A stretch of 46,243 nucleotides of DNA from a virus: the UHGV virus genome UHGV-0087301. One strand, 5' to 3'. Shown one piece after another: positions 34,424-45,122 of the stretch. The notes under the pieces were generated by a model. The model was not told the DNA's origin. It worked only from the letters and a program-made list of their open reading frames with translations, and made no database searches. Positions within the stretch are counted from its first letter, which is position 1. Each line of letters begins with the position of its first letter. The translations under genes were made by a program, and so were the position numbers.

Positions 34424-35827
34424 TTACAGGTATTCGCCTGTGCGATTGTGTTTCATAACATGGAAGAAACTTCCATCCACATCACGTTGTACACTGACTG
34501 TGAATGAGAATTCGCTATCACTGTTATTGATTGTCTGTGGGAATGAAGTAATTAATACGTTTGGATATTCATGTACTTCAAATACACCATCAGATTGAAC
34601 TTTTGAGTAAGACATTTGAACTCGTCTTTCGTTGATTCCGTTTTCTGTTGCTACGAATGATTCAACTTCAGAAGCACGAGGATAAGAGATAATTACTGTC
34701 TTACCTACTAATTCTTTATTGAAATATAGATATGAACCCTCGAAATCTACATTTGGATTTAGTTTTGAGTTCACAACTTGGAACTGTCTTTCATCCAAAT
34801 TCATCAAATTAGGGTGTTCAATGCGAGTTAAGATTGCATCATTTACGTTACAAGCATCGGCTAATGAAGCGTAAGTGAAACCACATTTTTCAATGTATGC
34901 ATCGGCAAGTTGTACTTCTCCATATCCCTCGTGGTCTGTTGATTCGTTAACTGTCGCTTCAATTGTTGCGATGTAGTAACCTTCCGTTTTTTCTGTTCTC
35001 TGCATCAATGGGTTTAGCATAAGAACGTTTGGTGTCCATGTAGAAGCAGTGATTGTACGTTCAACAGTCGTTGTTGAAGTGTCGTATTTAGCCCCTAAAC
35101 ACATTTCCTCTAATGCATCGATCGTGTCATCTCCCTCGATACCAGTTAAGCATCCAAGTTTGATAACTTCGTTATTTGCTAAATCGTCAATATCTTCAAA
35201 GAATGAGATTGAAGACATACCTACCATATATCCTGTTTCTTCTGCACTTGTTGAAGATACTTCAACTTTTACACGGATACCCTGAGTAGTTGCAGTCCAT
35301 CCCTCTCCCTCTGTTTCTTCAGGAGCTTTTGCCAAGTCAACAGTAATTGGTTGATAACCCTCATGTTTAACAGATACAGTCTGTTTATAAACATCGGCAT
35401 TTGTCATTGTACTGTCTTTGATATCTGCGATAGTTACGGCTAATTCATAATTTCCTGCGACTGGGAAGTCGATATACATGAACATAACACCTGCAGAAAA
35501 TAAGATAGCGTTTGTAGATTTTGCGAATGTTGCACTAGCCGTATGTGTGTAGTTAGATTCTGAACCAGTATTGTTTGTGTTAATCATCAATGTTCCTGAG
35601 TTTTTACATCCAAAGGATTCACAAACGTTAATCATGTCCTGAGGAACTGCCAAACGTGAATAAACTGGTGCAGTAGAACCTACATATTCAACATAGTTTT
35701 TTGTATTTATTTTTACACAAGAATCAATATCACGACTTAAGTTAAAGGTAACTTCTGCAGTTGTTTTATCTAGCTTGTTATAACCAACTTTATTTGCTAC
35801 GATTCGATTGATGTTACACTTTGACAT
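34424..35827 (-). CDS. Major tail protein candidate
   Basis: 467 aa, beta-rich, in the expected position upstream of the chaperones. Confidence 0.6.
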   Translation of the reverse strand: MSKCNINRIVANKVGYNKLDKTTAEVTFNLSRDIDSCVKINTKNYVEYVGSTAPVYSRLAVPQDMINVCESFGCKNSGTLMINTNNTGSESNYTHTASATFAKSTNAILFSAGVMFMYIDFPVAGNYELAVTIADIKDSTMTNADVYKQTVSVKHEGYQPITVDLAKAPEETEGEGWTATTQGIRVKVEVSSTSAEETGYMVGMSSISFFEDIDDLANNEVIKLGCLTGIEGDDTIDALEEMCLGAKYDTSTTTVERTITASTWTPNVLMLNPLMQRTEKTEGYYIATIEATVNESTDHEGYGEVQLADAYIEKCGFTYASLADACNVNDAILTRIEHPNLMNLDERQFQVVNSKLNPNVDFEGSYLYFNKELVGKTVIISYPRASEVESFVATENGINERRVQMSYSKVQSDGVFEVHEYPNVLITSFPQTINNSDSEFSFTVSVQRDVDGSFFHVMKHNRTGEYL

Positions 35828-35970
35828 TAGGCTTGTCCTCCTTTATTCTTTGCAATTACACGTGTCATGGCTTTTTCTGCTTTGTAACCACCATGTGCAT
35901 TCAAAACGGACAACTTACGCTGGATAAAAGCGTTAACATCGGTTTTCTTAGTTGTTTTTTTGATAGCCAT
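35827..35970 (-). CDS. Small basic protein (47 aa, not in ORF track)
   Basis: AGGAG RBS, MAIKKTTKK..., TAATG coupling. Confidence 0.55.
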   Translation of the reverse strand: MAIKKTTKKTDVNAFIQRKLSVLNAHGGYKAEKAMTRVIAKNKGGQA

Positions 35971-35981
35971 ACTTTTCTCCT

Positions 35982-36368
35982 TTATTTGAATTTTTGTATT
36001 GCCCTTTCTACGAATGGGTCTCCACTCGTTGCTTTTGCCTTCTTTGCAAATACATCCTTTTCATCTTCCACCCAATGTAGGGATTTTTTTCTTTTAGGAC
36101 GCACTTCTTTTCTTCCTTTCCAATACGCATTGGAATAATCAAATCCTGCCTTAGCTTTCAGTTGGTTTTGATCAATTCCAACGAAATACCTTGTATCGGA
36201 TATCTTTTCTTTACACATACAACTTTTTAACGTTCCCTCTTTGCTATGGATTTCATTTCCCATAGTTTCTTTGAACTGTTCGGCTAGATCGTCGAACTGT
36301 CCTTGAACTGCATCGATGCAAGCCTTAAGCAAATTAGTCTCGTTTGACAAAAGGATGTATCTCCTCAT
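35982..36368 (-). CDS. Neck/tail completion protein (HK97 gp10-like position)
   Basis: GTLKS, RPKRKKSLHW and PFVERA motifs. Confidence 0.6.
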   Translation of the reverse strand: MRRYILLSNETNLLKACIDAVQGQFDDLAEQFKETMGNEIHSKEGTLKSCMCKEKISDTRYFVGIDQNQLKAKAGFDYSNAYWKGRKEVRPKRKKSLHWVEDEKDVFAKKAKATSGDPFVERAIQKFK

Positions 36369-36579
36369 TGTTGTACGTGTAATGGTAATCTAATAAGAAT
36401 TGTCCTTCCTTTTCGTTGACTTCGTATTCTCGATTTAAAACGAATACCATAACTCTGCCACTTGGAAGAATCATTCTTTTTGTATATGAAATAGTGTTGG
36501 AAACTCGAATTCTTGTACCACAAACTGGACATCCAGTTTTTTTTCGTTCGCCTTTTTCGCCTAAAAACTTAACAATCAT
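36334..36579 (-). CDS. Small CxxC protein
   Basis: GCPVCG, in the head-tail region. Confidence 0.65.
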   Translation of the reverse strand: MIVKFLGEKGERKKTGCPVCGTRIRVSNTISYTKRMILPSGRVMVFVLNREYEVNEKEGQFLLDYHYTYNNEEIHPFVKRD

Positions 36580-37262
36580 ACAACCATCCCTAAAAATCTA
36601 TAACTTCTTCCACAAAGGGAAATTGTTTCCAATTGTCTTTGGTATGCAATCAACAATGTTCGTTGGATATATTCTTCTATCGTATCAGGTTCAACTGGTG
36701 CTTTATTTTCTGTTTCATCCTCGCAAGTATCACAGTTACAATCACATTGGTTGTATGCAATGAGATGTTGCAGGTAATCACAGAACACTGGAACAAGACA
36801 CTGAGGCAAAAGTTCATATCCTGCCGTGTAACGAACAATGATTTTATGCAGTTTCTTACAACTACAAATATCGTTGATACCATAAGGCGATAAGTCGATA
36901 TATAGCTTATTTTCGTACGCATTGAACGAGAAATCCTCGTCTGCAAGCTCTATCTCTTCAAAATGGATTCCATCTCGTGTTTGTAGAATAATTTGGATTG
37001 TTTCAGATTTGATTTCTTTATAGTAAAGATTGGTAATCATCAATCCACCATCGCAATGACAAGAACGGATGAAATCCACATCGAAGACCTCCTCTCTATC
37101 ACTAGAGAGGAAAGTCTCGCATGAACTGTTTTTCCAACACGTTATAGAACTGATTAAATCGACCAATTGCATGACATTCTTTTTAAACGAATCATCGTTT
37201 TTATCAGATTGTCTGATGCAATCGCAACTTGTTTGTAGTTGTTCGTAGATTGTTTCAAACAT
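36576..37262 (-). CDS. Head-tail adaptor candidate, Cys-rich
   Basis: Follows the capsid gene. YTAGYxxLP motif and CDCNCDTC. Confidence 0.65.
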   Translation of the reverse strand: MFETIYEQLQTSCDCIRQSDKNDDSFKKNVMQLVDLISSITCWKNSSCETFLSSDREEVFDVDFIRSCHCDGGLMITNLYYKEIKSETIQIILQTRDGIHFEEIELADEDFSFNAYENKLYIDLSPYGINDICSCKKLHKIIVRYTAGYELLPQCLVPVFCDYLQHLIAYNQCDCNCDTCEDETENKAPVEPDTIEEYIQRTLLIAYQRQLETISLCGRSYRFLGMVV

Positions 37263-38428
37263 TATTCAGTTGCAATGTTAATTGGAACGATTGTCTGAGG
37301 TTTAATAAGAGCATCCAAACCATCCAAAGTAGCACCCATACAAGTTGCACTTAATGGAATGTCTGTGATAACGGCTAATCGGTTAGGGTTTGTTCCAAAT
37401 ACTGCACCAAAGTTGTAGTAGAACGTACATTCAGTAGCACATCCATCAGATGGTGTATCAGTTGTAGAGATTGTTCTACGGATGAAATCTTCTCCTGGTG
37501 ATAATGTTGTACCCGTGATTCCACCAACACTTCTTCCGTCTAACATCCATACATCACCAGTTCCCTTAGCTACATCTACTGGAACTGTCTTATCTTCAAT
37601 GAATCGATAACCCATAAAGCGAACGTTTCCATTTGCATCTTTCGTCCAGTTTGCAGGAAGTTCGCCATTGAATTTACCTGGAACGATAACTTCTTTGATA
37701 GCCATATATGTTAATGGATGTACTGCGAAAATGATTTCTCCAGTATTTGCACCACTCATTACGGCTAAACGACAACCTAGTGAATCAAAAGCCGCCAAGA
37801 TATTCTGTCCTAAGATTTTGATAACTGTTTTATCTTCTACAACTTCCAACAATCCGTGGAATGGTTTCAATACAGAAGTACCAGTTGCAGAAGTACCATT
37901 GATAATGTTGTAAGAAGTGAAGTAAACCATGCTTAAACGTGCCATACGGTCACGAGCTTGTCTTACTGTTTCACCCTGACGAGCAAAATAACCAGTTAAA
38001 TCATTTGACCCAAAACGTTTTTTGCTCCATACAAAGTTTTCTAAGATTTTGTCGCAATCTTTCAAACACAATAGCTTTAATGGAACTTCTGAACCACATT
38101 TAGCTAAATCAAGTGGTGTCCAGCAACATTCATTTTGAGTATCTTCAGGCAATGTAGTTCCAACTTCCCAAGGAAGCACGATATTTAATTCACCTGAAGA
38201 ATCACGATGAATCTGTGCAGACCCATTGTTAAATGCAGTCTGAATCTGACGGCTACGAGATGTACTCAATAACCACTGAACCAATGGGAAATTATTTTGG
38301 AAATCGTTTGCTAACTGATTCTGTGAGAAATCAGGCGCCATACCGATTTCTCCAATGTTGCTAAGCTTAGCGAAATCGACAATATCAACTGAATTGTTTT
38401 CTAAAACACTTGTTGCGAATGTAGGCAT
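37262..38428 (-). CDS. Major capsid protein
   Basis: 388 aa, downstream of the protease/scaffold gene. PFHGLL and VHPLT motifs are compatible with an HK97 fold. Confidence 0.75.
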   Translation of the reverse strand: MPTFATSVLENNSVDIVDFAKLSNIGEIGMAPDFSQNQLANDFQNNFPLVQWLLSTSRSRQIQTAFNNGSAQIHRDSSGELNIVLPWEVGTTLPEDTQNECCWTPLDLAKCGSEVPLKLLCLKDCDKILENFVWSKKRFGSNDLTGYFARQGETVRQARDRMARLSMVYFTSYNIINGTSATGTSVLKPFHGLLEVVEDKTVIKILGQNILAAFDSLGCRLAVMSGANTGEIIFAVHPLTYMAIKEVIVPGKFNGELPANWTKDANGNVRFMGYRFIEDKTVPVDVAKGTGDVWMLDGRSVGGITGTTLSPGEDFIRRTISTTDTPSDGCATECTFYYNFGAVFGTNPNRLAVITDIPLSATCMGATLDGLDALIKPQTIVPINIATE

Positions 38429-39441
38429 TATTTATCTCCTTTCTTAGGTTCAAGACTTCCTAAAAATCCAAATTCAGGATTTACAGTTGGTTCTTCCTTT
38501 TTAGAAGTTTCTGTTCCGTTCATTAATTTTTCTAAACGACTTAGAACATCTTCAACCTGTGAATTTAATTTCTCCTCTTTTTCTGCCTCTTTTTTATCGT
38601 CTGCTTTTGTTTCTTTTGTTTGTAATTCTGCAATCTTTTCTTTCAATTCCTTGTTTTCGTTTTCCAAAGTCTCGAATTTCTCCATGAAACTTTCAAGAAT
38701 TGTTAATTGATCGCTAGATAATTCTATTTTTTCTTCCGTAACTTCTTTTTCTTCAGGTTTTTTAGTATTCAAATCTTCTTTTGGTTGAATATCTTCTTTT
38801 TTACCTGATAACAAATCTTTTAAATTCATTTCATCTTCTCCTTCTATGGTTAGATTTACGTTTGTACTGTCGACATTGGCAGGATTTCCGACAACGGAGA
38901 ATCCTTGAATATCGATTTCTTGTATGCAAGGAAAGCCAAGTGCAAATGACTTTCTCCAATCCATCTTTGTTGCCATTTCAACACTGACGGACAAAGGGAT
39001 TTCCTGATTTTTTAAATCTTGTACGATATGCAGTGAATCATTTAAATGAGCACGTACATTCAACGCTTGTCTTCCGTCTTCCAAATCCACGATTTCTAGG
39101 TCTTGTTTTGTCCAAGTTCCTAGATTTAATGGCAAAGAGAATAAGTGAATATGTGCCAAAGAGATATATCCTACATAATCATCAGGGAGATTGTTATAAA
39201 ACTTCTGTATCGCCCCTTTTTCGATAAATAGACGGACATCTTCGCCACCCTCATACATAATTGCCCCCTCGTTTAACAAGCGTGTTGGCTTGTCCTCTAG
39301 GAACGCAGAATTTGTAACGGATAACATCACGTTCTTTTCATTTAAAGATTCCAAATTGATGGATTCATCGATGTTCTGCTTTGCTTTTTTACGAACATCC
39401 AAACTTTTTTGAATGTTTTTTACGATAGTTGGTACTGGCAT
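38428..39441 (-). CDS. Prohead protease/scaffold protein
   Basis: SVSVE and GFSVVGNPAN protease-like motifs, then an acidic coiled-coil C-terminus. Confidence 0.7.
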   Translation of the reverse strand: MPVPTIVKNIQKSLDVRKKAKQNIDESINLESLNEKNVMLSVTNSAFLEDKPTRLLNEGAIMYEGGEDVRLFIEKGAIQKFYNNLPDDYVGYISLAHIHLFSLPLNLGTWTKQDLEIVDLEDGRQALNVRAHLNDSLHIVQDLKNQEIPLSVSVEMATKMDWRKSFALGFPCIQEIDIQGFSVVGNPANVDSTNVNLTIEGEDEMNLKDLLSGKKEDIQPKEDLNTKKPEEKEVTEEKIELSSDQLTILESFMEKFETLENENKELKEKIAELQTKETKADDKKEAEKEEKLNSQVEDVLSRLEKLMNGTETSKKEEPTVNPEFGFLGSLEPKKGDK

Positions 39442-39758
39442 TACTCGATTACCTCCAACGGATTGTAGGCAAGTTTTTTAACTCGCCCTCCACACTGCTT
39501 ACATAATTCAACTTTGTATGGAATATTATTTGCCTTAAGCGAATCTTCCATCGCTTTTGAATAAGGCTTTTTAAACACGCAACCTCGAATTGATTTTTGG
39601 AACAATTCGTCTTCAGGAAGCTCATATTCCACACCTGGGTCAAGGACAATATAGGAATATTTTGTAATTCCTTTTTCACGATAGACTACATCCACTTGAG
39701 TACGTTCTTTGATTGCATCGTGAAGTTTAAACGTTGCTATCTTTTTTGCTTGTGCCAC
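39441..39758 (-). CDS. Hypothetical protein with CxxC
   Basis: CKQCGG motif, GTG start. Confidence 0.65.
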   Translation of the reverse strand: MAQAKKIATFKLHDAIKERTQVDVVYREKGITKYSYIVLDPGVEYELPEDELFQKSIRGCVFKKPYSKAMEDSLKANNIPYKVELCKQCGGRVKKLAYNPLEVIE

Positions 39759-39870
39759 GTTTTGCCTTCTTCTCTACTGGTTTTAATTTGTACTCTTTGT
39801 TTTGTCCTCTTAGATATGCAAGTCTTTCTTTTTCAGTGGTAAACCACTTAACTTCTTTTTGTTTGTCCAT
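39727..39870 (-). CDS. Small basic protein (47 aa, not in ORF track)
   Basis: MDKQKEVKWFTTEKERLAYLRG..., fills the gap between neighbours. Confidence 0.45.
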   Translation of the reverse strand: MDKQKEVKWFTTEKERLAYLRGQNKEYKLKPVEKKAKRGTSKKDSNV

Positions 39871-39872
39871 CT

Positions 39873-40208
39873 CTAGCAAAGCTCTAAATCTTTGCAATCA
39901 TAATCAGTAGTGGATGTTGTCTGTGTAGCCAATCGTTCAACCTGCTTAACGTTTTCAAACAAAATCGTGCGAGCCATTACATCGGTAGCCGTTGGAGTTG
40001 GTTTTGCCATGTTCGTTTTGTCATAATACGTGAAACCAATAGCATCTCCTTGTCCATTCAAATAAGATTGGTACATTGCCCAAAAGTTTTGAGCTTGTTC
40101 ATCTTCCAGTGTGATAACCTCAGAAGTCGTTTGTACAGTGTCTGCTTGTGCGGAAACTTCGGGTTTTAAAGTGATTTTCACATCGAATGTTCTTTTGTTA
40201 GTTGCCAT
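39873..40208 (-). CDS. Hypothetical structural protein
   Basis: Start MATNK after AAAGGAG. Confidence 0.65.
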   Translation of the reverse strand: MATNKRTFDVKITLKPEVSAQADTVQTTSEVITLEDEQAQNFWAMYQSYLNGQGDAIGFTYYDKTNMAKPTPTATDVMARTILFENVKQVERLATQTTSTTDYDCKDLELC

Positions 40209-40228
40209 GTTTTCTCCTTTCAATCAAC

Positions 40229-40318
40229 AAAAAAAGGCAATATATTGAGCCTTTATCTATGCAATAAACGTAAAAAACGTTAATGCCTAAATACTCTTAG
40301 CCCTCTATATTGCCTCTT
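40229..40318 (-). terminator. Long stem-loop/attenuator in the head operon
   Basis: AGGCAATATA/TATATTGCCT closes an ~80-nt hairpin ending in T7, just upstream of an RBS. Confidence 0.5.
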
Positions 40319-40341
40319 TATATTCAATTTTTAATTGGATA

Positions 40342-40875
40342 TTAGAAATCCAAGGAATCTCCCGTTGGCTCTGTTTGCCCCTTTTGAGCCGTTAGGATTA
40401 CATTTGCTATCTTAGCCAGTGCTTCATGGCTTAAGCTACTCTTGAAACTGTTGATAAATTCTTGGTCTGAAATTGTTTTCTTGCCCATGTATTTCAAACC
40501 AGTTTTTGAATTCTCGACAATTTCAACAACGATGTTGTTCGTATAAACTCGTCCAGTAGACTGTTCTTTGATAGCTCGATAGTCTGTAACAACTTCATAA
40601 ATCGTTGTTTTTTCGTCTTTTTTAATTTTGCGATAGCGATTTAAGAAATAGTTATCAGGATTGATTGCAACTGCATGACACTGTGTTCTTGCATAACACA
40701 ATCCACCCTCTCTTGTTACTCGATTTCCAAAGTCAACTTTACCTTCGAGAATTTCCTCGGCTCTCTCTTTGTTATTGACCTTGACTGCATCGGCAAATGT
40801 ATAAACATCTCTTCCGTTTACATTGGAAATTGGTTTTACATCGGCTTCCTGCATGATGCTTTCTAAAATACTCAT
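40342..40875 (-). CDS. Hypothetical protein
   Basis: AGGAGG RBS, 177 aa. Confidence 0.7.
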   Translation of the reverse strand: MSILESIMQEADVKPISNVNGRDVYTFADAVKVNNKERAEEILEGKVDFGNRVTREGGLCYARTQCHAVAINPDNYFLNRYRKIKKDEKTTIYEVVTDYRAIKEQSTGRVYTNNIVVEIVENSKTGLKYMGKKTISDQEFINSFKSSLSHEALAKIANVILTAQKGQTEPTGDSLDF

Positions 40876-40886
40876 GTTTTTGCCTC

Positions 40887-42311
40887 CTAAGAAATTTTTA
40901 TAATATGGTCTGTCAATGCCTTTAAGGATTCCATGATTTGATTCTGAATATCAGTTGGAATCGTGCCACCTTCTTCCACTGAGGATTGGTAAGCCTGAAT
41001 CAAAGAATTGACTGCCAATGAATATTTATATGATTCACTTGATCTATCCACGTTGTATCTTGCTTCATATTTATCGAAGTAGACTTTAGGAAGTCCAAGT
41101 TTCTCGGATAACAACGGAGAAAACTGTGTTGCGATTCCCTCTCTCGTTGGAATGATGATATTTACCATTGCATTGTCAATAATCTTTTCCATCGAAACGT
41201 TTCCTGAAACATCTCCAAGTCCAATCAATTCAGGTGTCATTCCAATACACTGTGCAAGGATTGAACCCTCTTTCATTTGAAGATATTCTAGGAACTCCGT
41301 TGCCTTGGTTACACGTGGAATGTGATCGAATTTGTTCTCGAAATAAGAACTTCCCAAGATAACGTTGTCTGAACTTGAGTTTTTAATTTCCTGAGCTAGT
41401 TTTTTGACTTCTTCTCTAGCTCTCTCGGCTCGTAAGTCTTTCGTAGCATTAGACTGATCTAATATCTCGTTAGCCGATACATCGATATCTCCACCATTCA
41501 GGAAGTTATCTTTCATCCAAAAGATCAAACGACCAGGGCCATCGTAAACGATATCGTAATTCAATCGTTGGTAAACATTTCCGATCAACTCTAAGCGTTG
41601 TTTATCTTGTAGCAACTTACTGATTCCGTTCTCTGTTGTTGTATCGGTTCTTAGATTGATGAAATCTTCAGAAAGTACAACCATATAATCTTTGTTCTTA
41701 GATAAGATTCGTCCTGAATTTCTGAACTCATCTCTATCTAACTCGATTGGTTTGTTACCTAAAGAAATCGGTTCATCCTCGTCGATGGAAATAGCATACG
41801 CAACAGTTCTGTTAAAGCCTAAATATTCGGTATCTTTTTTCACGATGCTTGTATATCGTTTGGCTGGTACTGGAATAATTCCGTTTTCTTCATCCAGCCA
41901 TCGAATACCACTCTTTCCATATAAGAGCATATCTCGAATGGAATCCCTAAGAACGGAATAATTGGTAACCCCTTTTGCATTTCGCTTATAAAGAAAAGGA
42001 TTCAAAACGTTGTTGTCTAACTCTTCATCCCCTGTTGTCAATTTGTTTGTGAACATGAAGTTCAGGTAATTATCGATAACATATGGAAGAGTTGGCAAGT
42101 TATTTATCATCCATTCGATTGCTTCAAACTCATTTTTATGTTTAACAAGTGTGAATCCGTTTTTGCAAACTGTGTTACACTCTAACAACTGATCTAATAT
42201 TAATTCGGCTTGCGACCAATCGTTTTCGTTGTATCTTGGTTTTAAGGTTGAAGGACTTTTAGGAGAAGTCGATAATTTTTGTCTTTTTTTATAAATTCGT
42301 TTGTTCGACAT
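40887..42311 (-). CDS. Portal protein
   Basis: 474 aa directly after terL. LLYGKSG and IGMTPELIG motifs. Confidence 0.8.
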   Translation of the reverse strand: MSNKRIYKKRQKLSTSPKSPSTLKPRYNENDWSQAELILDQLLECNTVCKNGFTLVKHKNEFEAIEWMINNLPTLPYVIDNYLNFMFTNKLTTGDEELDNNVLNPFLYKRNAKGVTNYSVLRDSIRDMLLYGKSGIRWLDEENGIIPVPAKRYTSIVKKDTEYLGFNRTVAYAISIDEDEPISLGNKPIELDRDEFRNSGRILSKNKDYMVVLSEDFINLRTDTTTENGISKLLQDKQRLELIGNVYQRLNYDIVYDGPGRLIFWMKDNFLNGGDIDVSANEILDQSNATKDLRAERAREEVKKLAQEIKNSSSDNVILGSSYFENKFDHIPRVTKATEFLEYLQMKEGSILAQCIGMTPELIGLGDVSGNVSMEKIIDNAMVNIIIPTREGIATQFSPLLSEKLGLPKVYFDKYEARYNVDRSSESYKYSLAVNSLIQAYQSSVEEGGTIPTDIQNQIMESLKALTDHIIKIS

Positions 42312-42321
42312 TTATTTCCTC

Positions 42322-43899
42322 CTACTCGTTTTGTGTATAAACATAAATTCCTCCATTCATATTATACAACATAATTGAATGAACGGATAAAACGCAACAA
42401 TCCAATTCATCAGGCGACTTTCCAATCTTGGCTTTGATCTCGTCTTTAGGAATAATGGCGATTTTTCCACCTGATTTGACTGTGGATTTGGTATATTGCA
42501 TCTGATTTTTCAGGATATTGGCGACTTTTGTTGTCATTGTCAATTTTCCGTTGTCCATGAGTTGTTGCATATCCAAATACATCTCGGCACGCATATTTGC
42601 TCCGTATTTTGCTGAATAATGGTTGTTTTCCTTGCGTTTTTTCGTTGTTCCTGCTCCAAAGTTGATACCGACAACGTTAAAATCCGATGCATATTTAGCT
42701 AAACCCTCGACAATATAGACACCCCAACCGATATCGACACAGATAACCTTGGCTTTTGTCCGTCTTTGTATTCTTAAAATGGCTTTAATAATCTTGTCTG
42801 AGGTCTTTCCATCCACCCATTTTCCTTTATCGATGGTAATAATGTCCAAAATACGGACATTTTTGTATAAATCCATGCAGGCAAGGCATACATCGATGTT
42901 GTCTTTTCCTTTGTAGGCACTGTCGACACCCAAAAAGTACGTAAATCCATCTTGTAAAGGGGAATCGTCCAAACGAATATTAGAAAACATGGATTCATCG
43001 CTATAATTTTCCAGCTCGCATAGGAAATAGCGTTGACACGTGCTCTGTACCTTGAAAAAATCCGACTGTACGACTTGTTGTGTGTTTCGTATACGTCCTT
43101 CTTCGATGGCAGTACGAACATCCATCCAAATAATCAATGTATCTTCAGGAGGATTTTCTTCTGTTAGCTTGTCGTAGAACATTCCCTCGTGGTGAGGGTT
43201 GGAAATCTCAATTAAAAGGTCTTTTTCTCCGTCTACATTGGAGAATTCTCTTCGACCTATCTCGACATATGCTTCGTTTGGAACAAGTCCTGCTTCGTCA
43301 AGCATATAATCGCCACCTCGACCGATAGCCTGATTGGACTTCTTGGCATCGCTAGAACTTGCACCTAAGGTAATGGATTCGATTGAGCCTCCCCCTTTAA
43401 AGGATAGTTTTTCTTTAGAAACCGAGGTCTGTAGTTTTTCGATCTTGTCCTGATTGTCGACAAGCAATTTGCTTTTGATATCCTGATGTGCATTTTGAAT
43501 GTGCCTTGTAACATGACCCATGATGATGCGAGTTGTTGCTTCTGTTCCGGCAGCGACCTGTAAAGTATGTCCGTTCGCACCGATATAAATAGCAATCTGC
43601 CCCATCAAATACGATTTCCCATATTGTGAAGTGGTAACGACAACGATTTGATTGTATTTATGTGTTTCGTAGTGTTCGATAACAGCTCCAAATATGACGG
43701 CTTGTGTAAAGTACAGATTTGTTTCAAAACACGTTGTAGCTTCGATAGCCCCTTTCATGGCTAATCGTTTGGCTTCGGACATTTCGATGTTGATGCGCTT
43801 GTAATGCTTAGGAATGTACCCTCTTGTCCATTTCTCTAGGTTCTCTTTGGGTTCTGCACTTTCGCACAGTTTGACAACCTTTTCCTGAATTGAATTCAA
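42322..43899 (-). CDS. terL: Terminase large subunit
   Basis: Walker A SQYGKS, Walker B YMLDEA, nuclease motifs GVDSA...D and SPDELD. Confidence 0.93.
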   Translation of the reverse strand: MNSIQEKVVKLCESAEPKENLEKWTRGYIPKHYKRINIEMSEAKRLAMKGAIEATTCFETNLYFTQAVIFGAVIEHYETHKYNQIVVVTTSQYGKSYLMGQIAIYIGANGHTLQVAAGTEATTRIIMGHVTRHIQNAHQDIKSKLLVDNQDKIEKLQTSVSKEKLSFKGGGSIESITLGASSSDAKKSNQAIGRGGDYMLDEAGLVPNEAYVEIGRREFSNVDGEKDLLIEISNPHHEGMFYDKLTEENPPEDTLIIWMDVRTAIEEGRIRNTQQVVQSDFFKVQSTCQRYFLCELENYSDESMFSNIRLDDSPLQDGFTYFLGVDSAYKGKDNIDVCLACMDLYKNVRILDIITIDKGKWVDGKTSDKIIKAILRIQRRTKAKVICVDIGWGVYIVEGLAKYASDFNVVGINFGAGTTKKRKENNHYSAKYGANMRAEMYLDMQQLMDNGKLTMTTKVANILKNQMQYTKSTVKSGGKIAIIPKDEIKAKIGKSPDELDCCVLSVHSIMLYNMNGGIYVYTQNE

Positions 43900-43904
43900 A
43901 TAAA

Positions 43905-44456
43905 CTATTCCTCTACGCTTTCAGACGATACTTCCTTGACTTCGACATCGATAGGTTCGCCCAAGACCTGACGGATTCTACGTTCGACAATCGCTCTTTC
44001 GTCCTCGATTGTTAGATTCTGATTGATGTTAACATTTTTATTCACGTAGACACCTTCCATCTTATTAGCAATATCTAAAGCCTTTAATCGGTCTTTCGTT
44101 TCGGCATCAGGTTCGATATCCCCCATAATCACTCCAGTCAAATACATGAGCTTTTCTTCGTAGGACAACTGTTTTGCCTTTAATCTGTGATGATTACGCT
44201 TGGAAATACGATTTTTTACATCTGAATCGTTTAAAACTTTCCATCCGTACAGATAATTAGCACTATCGGTTGCCTGAGGTCTATATTTTTTAACAATTTG
44301 TTGCATATCTTTGACTGTTCCGTCTGGACACGTTTCCATAAATTCCATAAAGATACGATCTTTAAGATTCATCTCCTGAATTTGTGAGTATGTCTTGGTC
44401 TTGTCTTTGCGTGCTTTGTTCTTTTGCCTTGTCTTTTTCTGTACTAATTCACCCAT
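43905..44456 (-). CDS. terS: Terminase small subunit
   Basis: Upstream of terL. DRLKALDxxxKMxGVY motif. Confidence 0.8.
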   Translation of the reverse strand: MGELVQKKTRQKNKARKDKTKTYSQIQEMNLKDRIFMEFMETCPDGTVKDMQQIVKKYRPQATDSANYLYGWKVLNDSDVKNRISKRNHHRLKAKQLSYEEKLMYLTGVIMGDIEPDAETKDRLKALDIANKMEGVYVNKNVNINQNLTIEDERAIVERRIRQVLGEPIDVEVKEVSSESVEE

Positions 44457-45088
44457 TTAAATTACACCTCTTACTACATATAAAATTTTAACATTGAATT
44501 TTAAAAACGGACTTTCCACAAAAATCATGTGTATTTTTTTCGAGTTCGTTTTTTCGTGTTTGGAAAAGATTTTTCAAGAAAAGGGGGTGTATTTTCTTAA
44601 ATCTGTACATTTAAACCTTATTTTTGTGAAAAATTCTCAAATATCTGTCTTAAAACGTTTATTTTTGCAATTTTAATTTAGTCATTTTATTGTTTAATTT
44701 GGTCATTTTAAGAAATTTGACTAAATTGAATTAGTTAGTTTAAGCTAATCGAGTTTGAAAAAATATGTGGCTCCAAAGGGGGGTATCTATATATATCGCC
44801 CTCTCTTTAATTCTGTTGCGTTTTTCAAATAATATATGAATATCATATGATTAATACATATCGCTAAAACGCTCATAAACGCGCGCTGAGAGCAAAAAAA
44901 CTAACAGGATATAAAAGTACTAAGAAGAAACTAGAGAGCCTTAGAGCGCATTTAAACAAGCTTATATAAGACAATTCTGTTTTATGCCACGAATAAAAAG
45001 AAGAATAAAAGAGCCTTTAAGCAAAGGCTTTTCAAGATTTATTTTAAAGTGGTGTAGATGTGATATGTTAACACAAGCTAAAAGAGAT

Positions 45089-45122
45089 AAAAAAAGAGCT
45101 AGACTTTTTAACGTCTAACTCT
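45089..45122 (-). terminator. Intrinsic terminator ending the early cassette
   Basis: AGAGTTAGAC...GTCTAGCTCT stem ending in T7. Confidence 0.7.
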
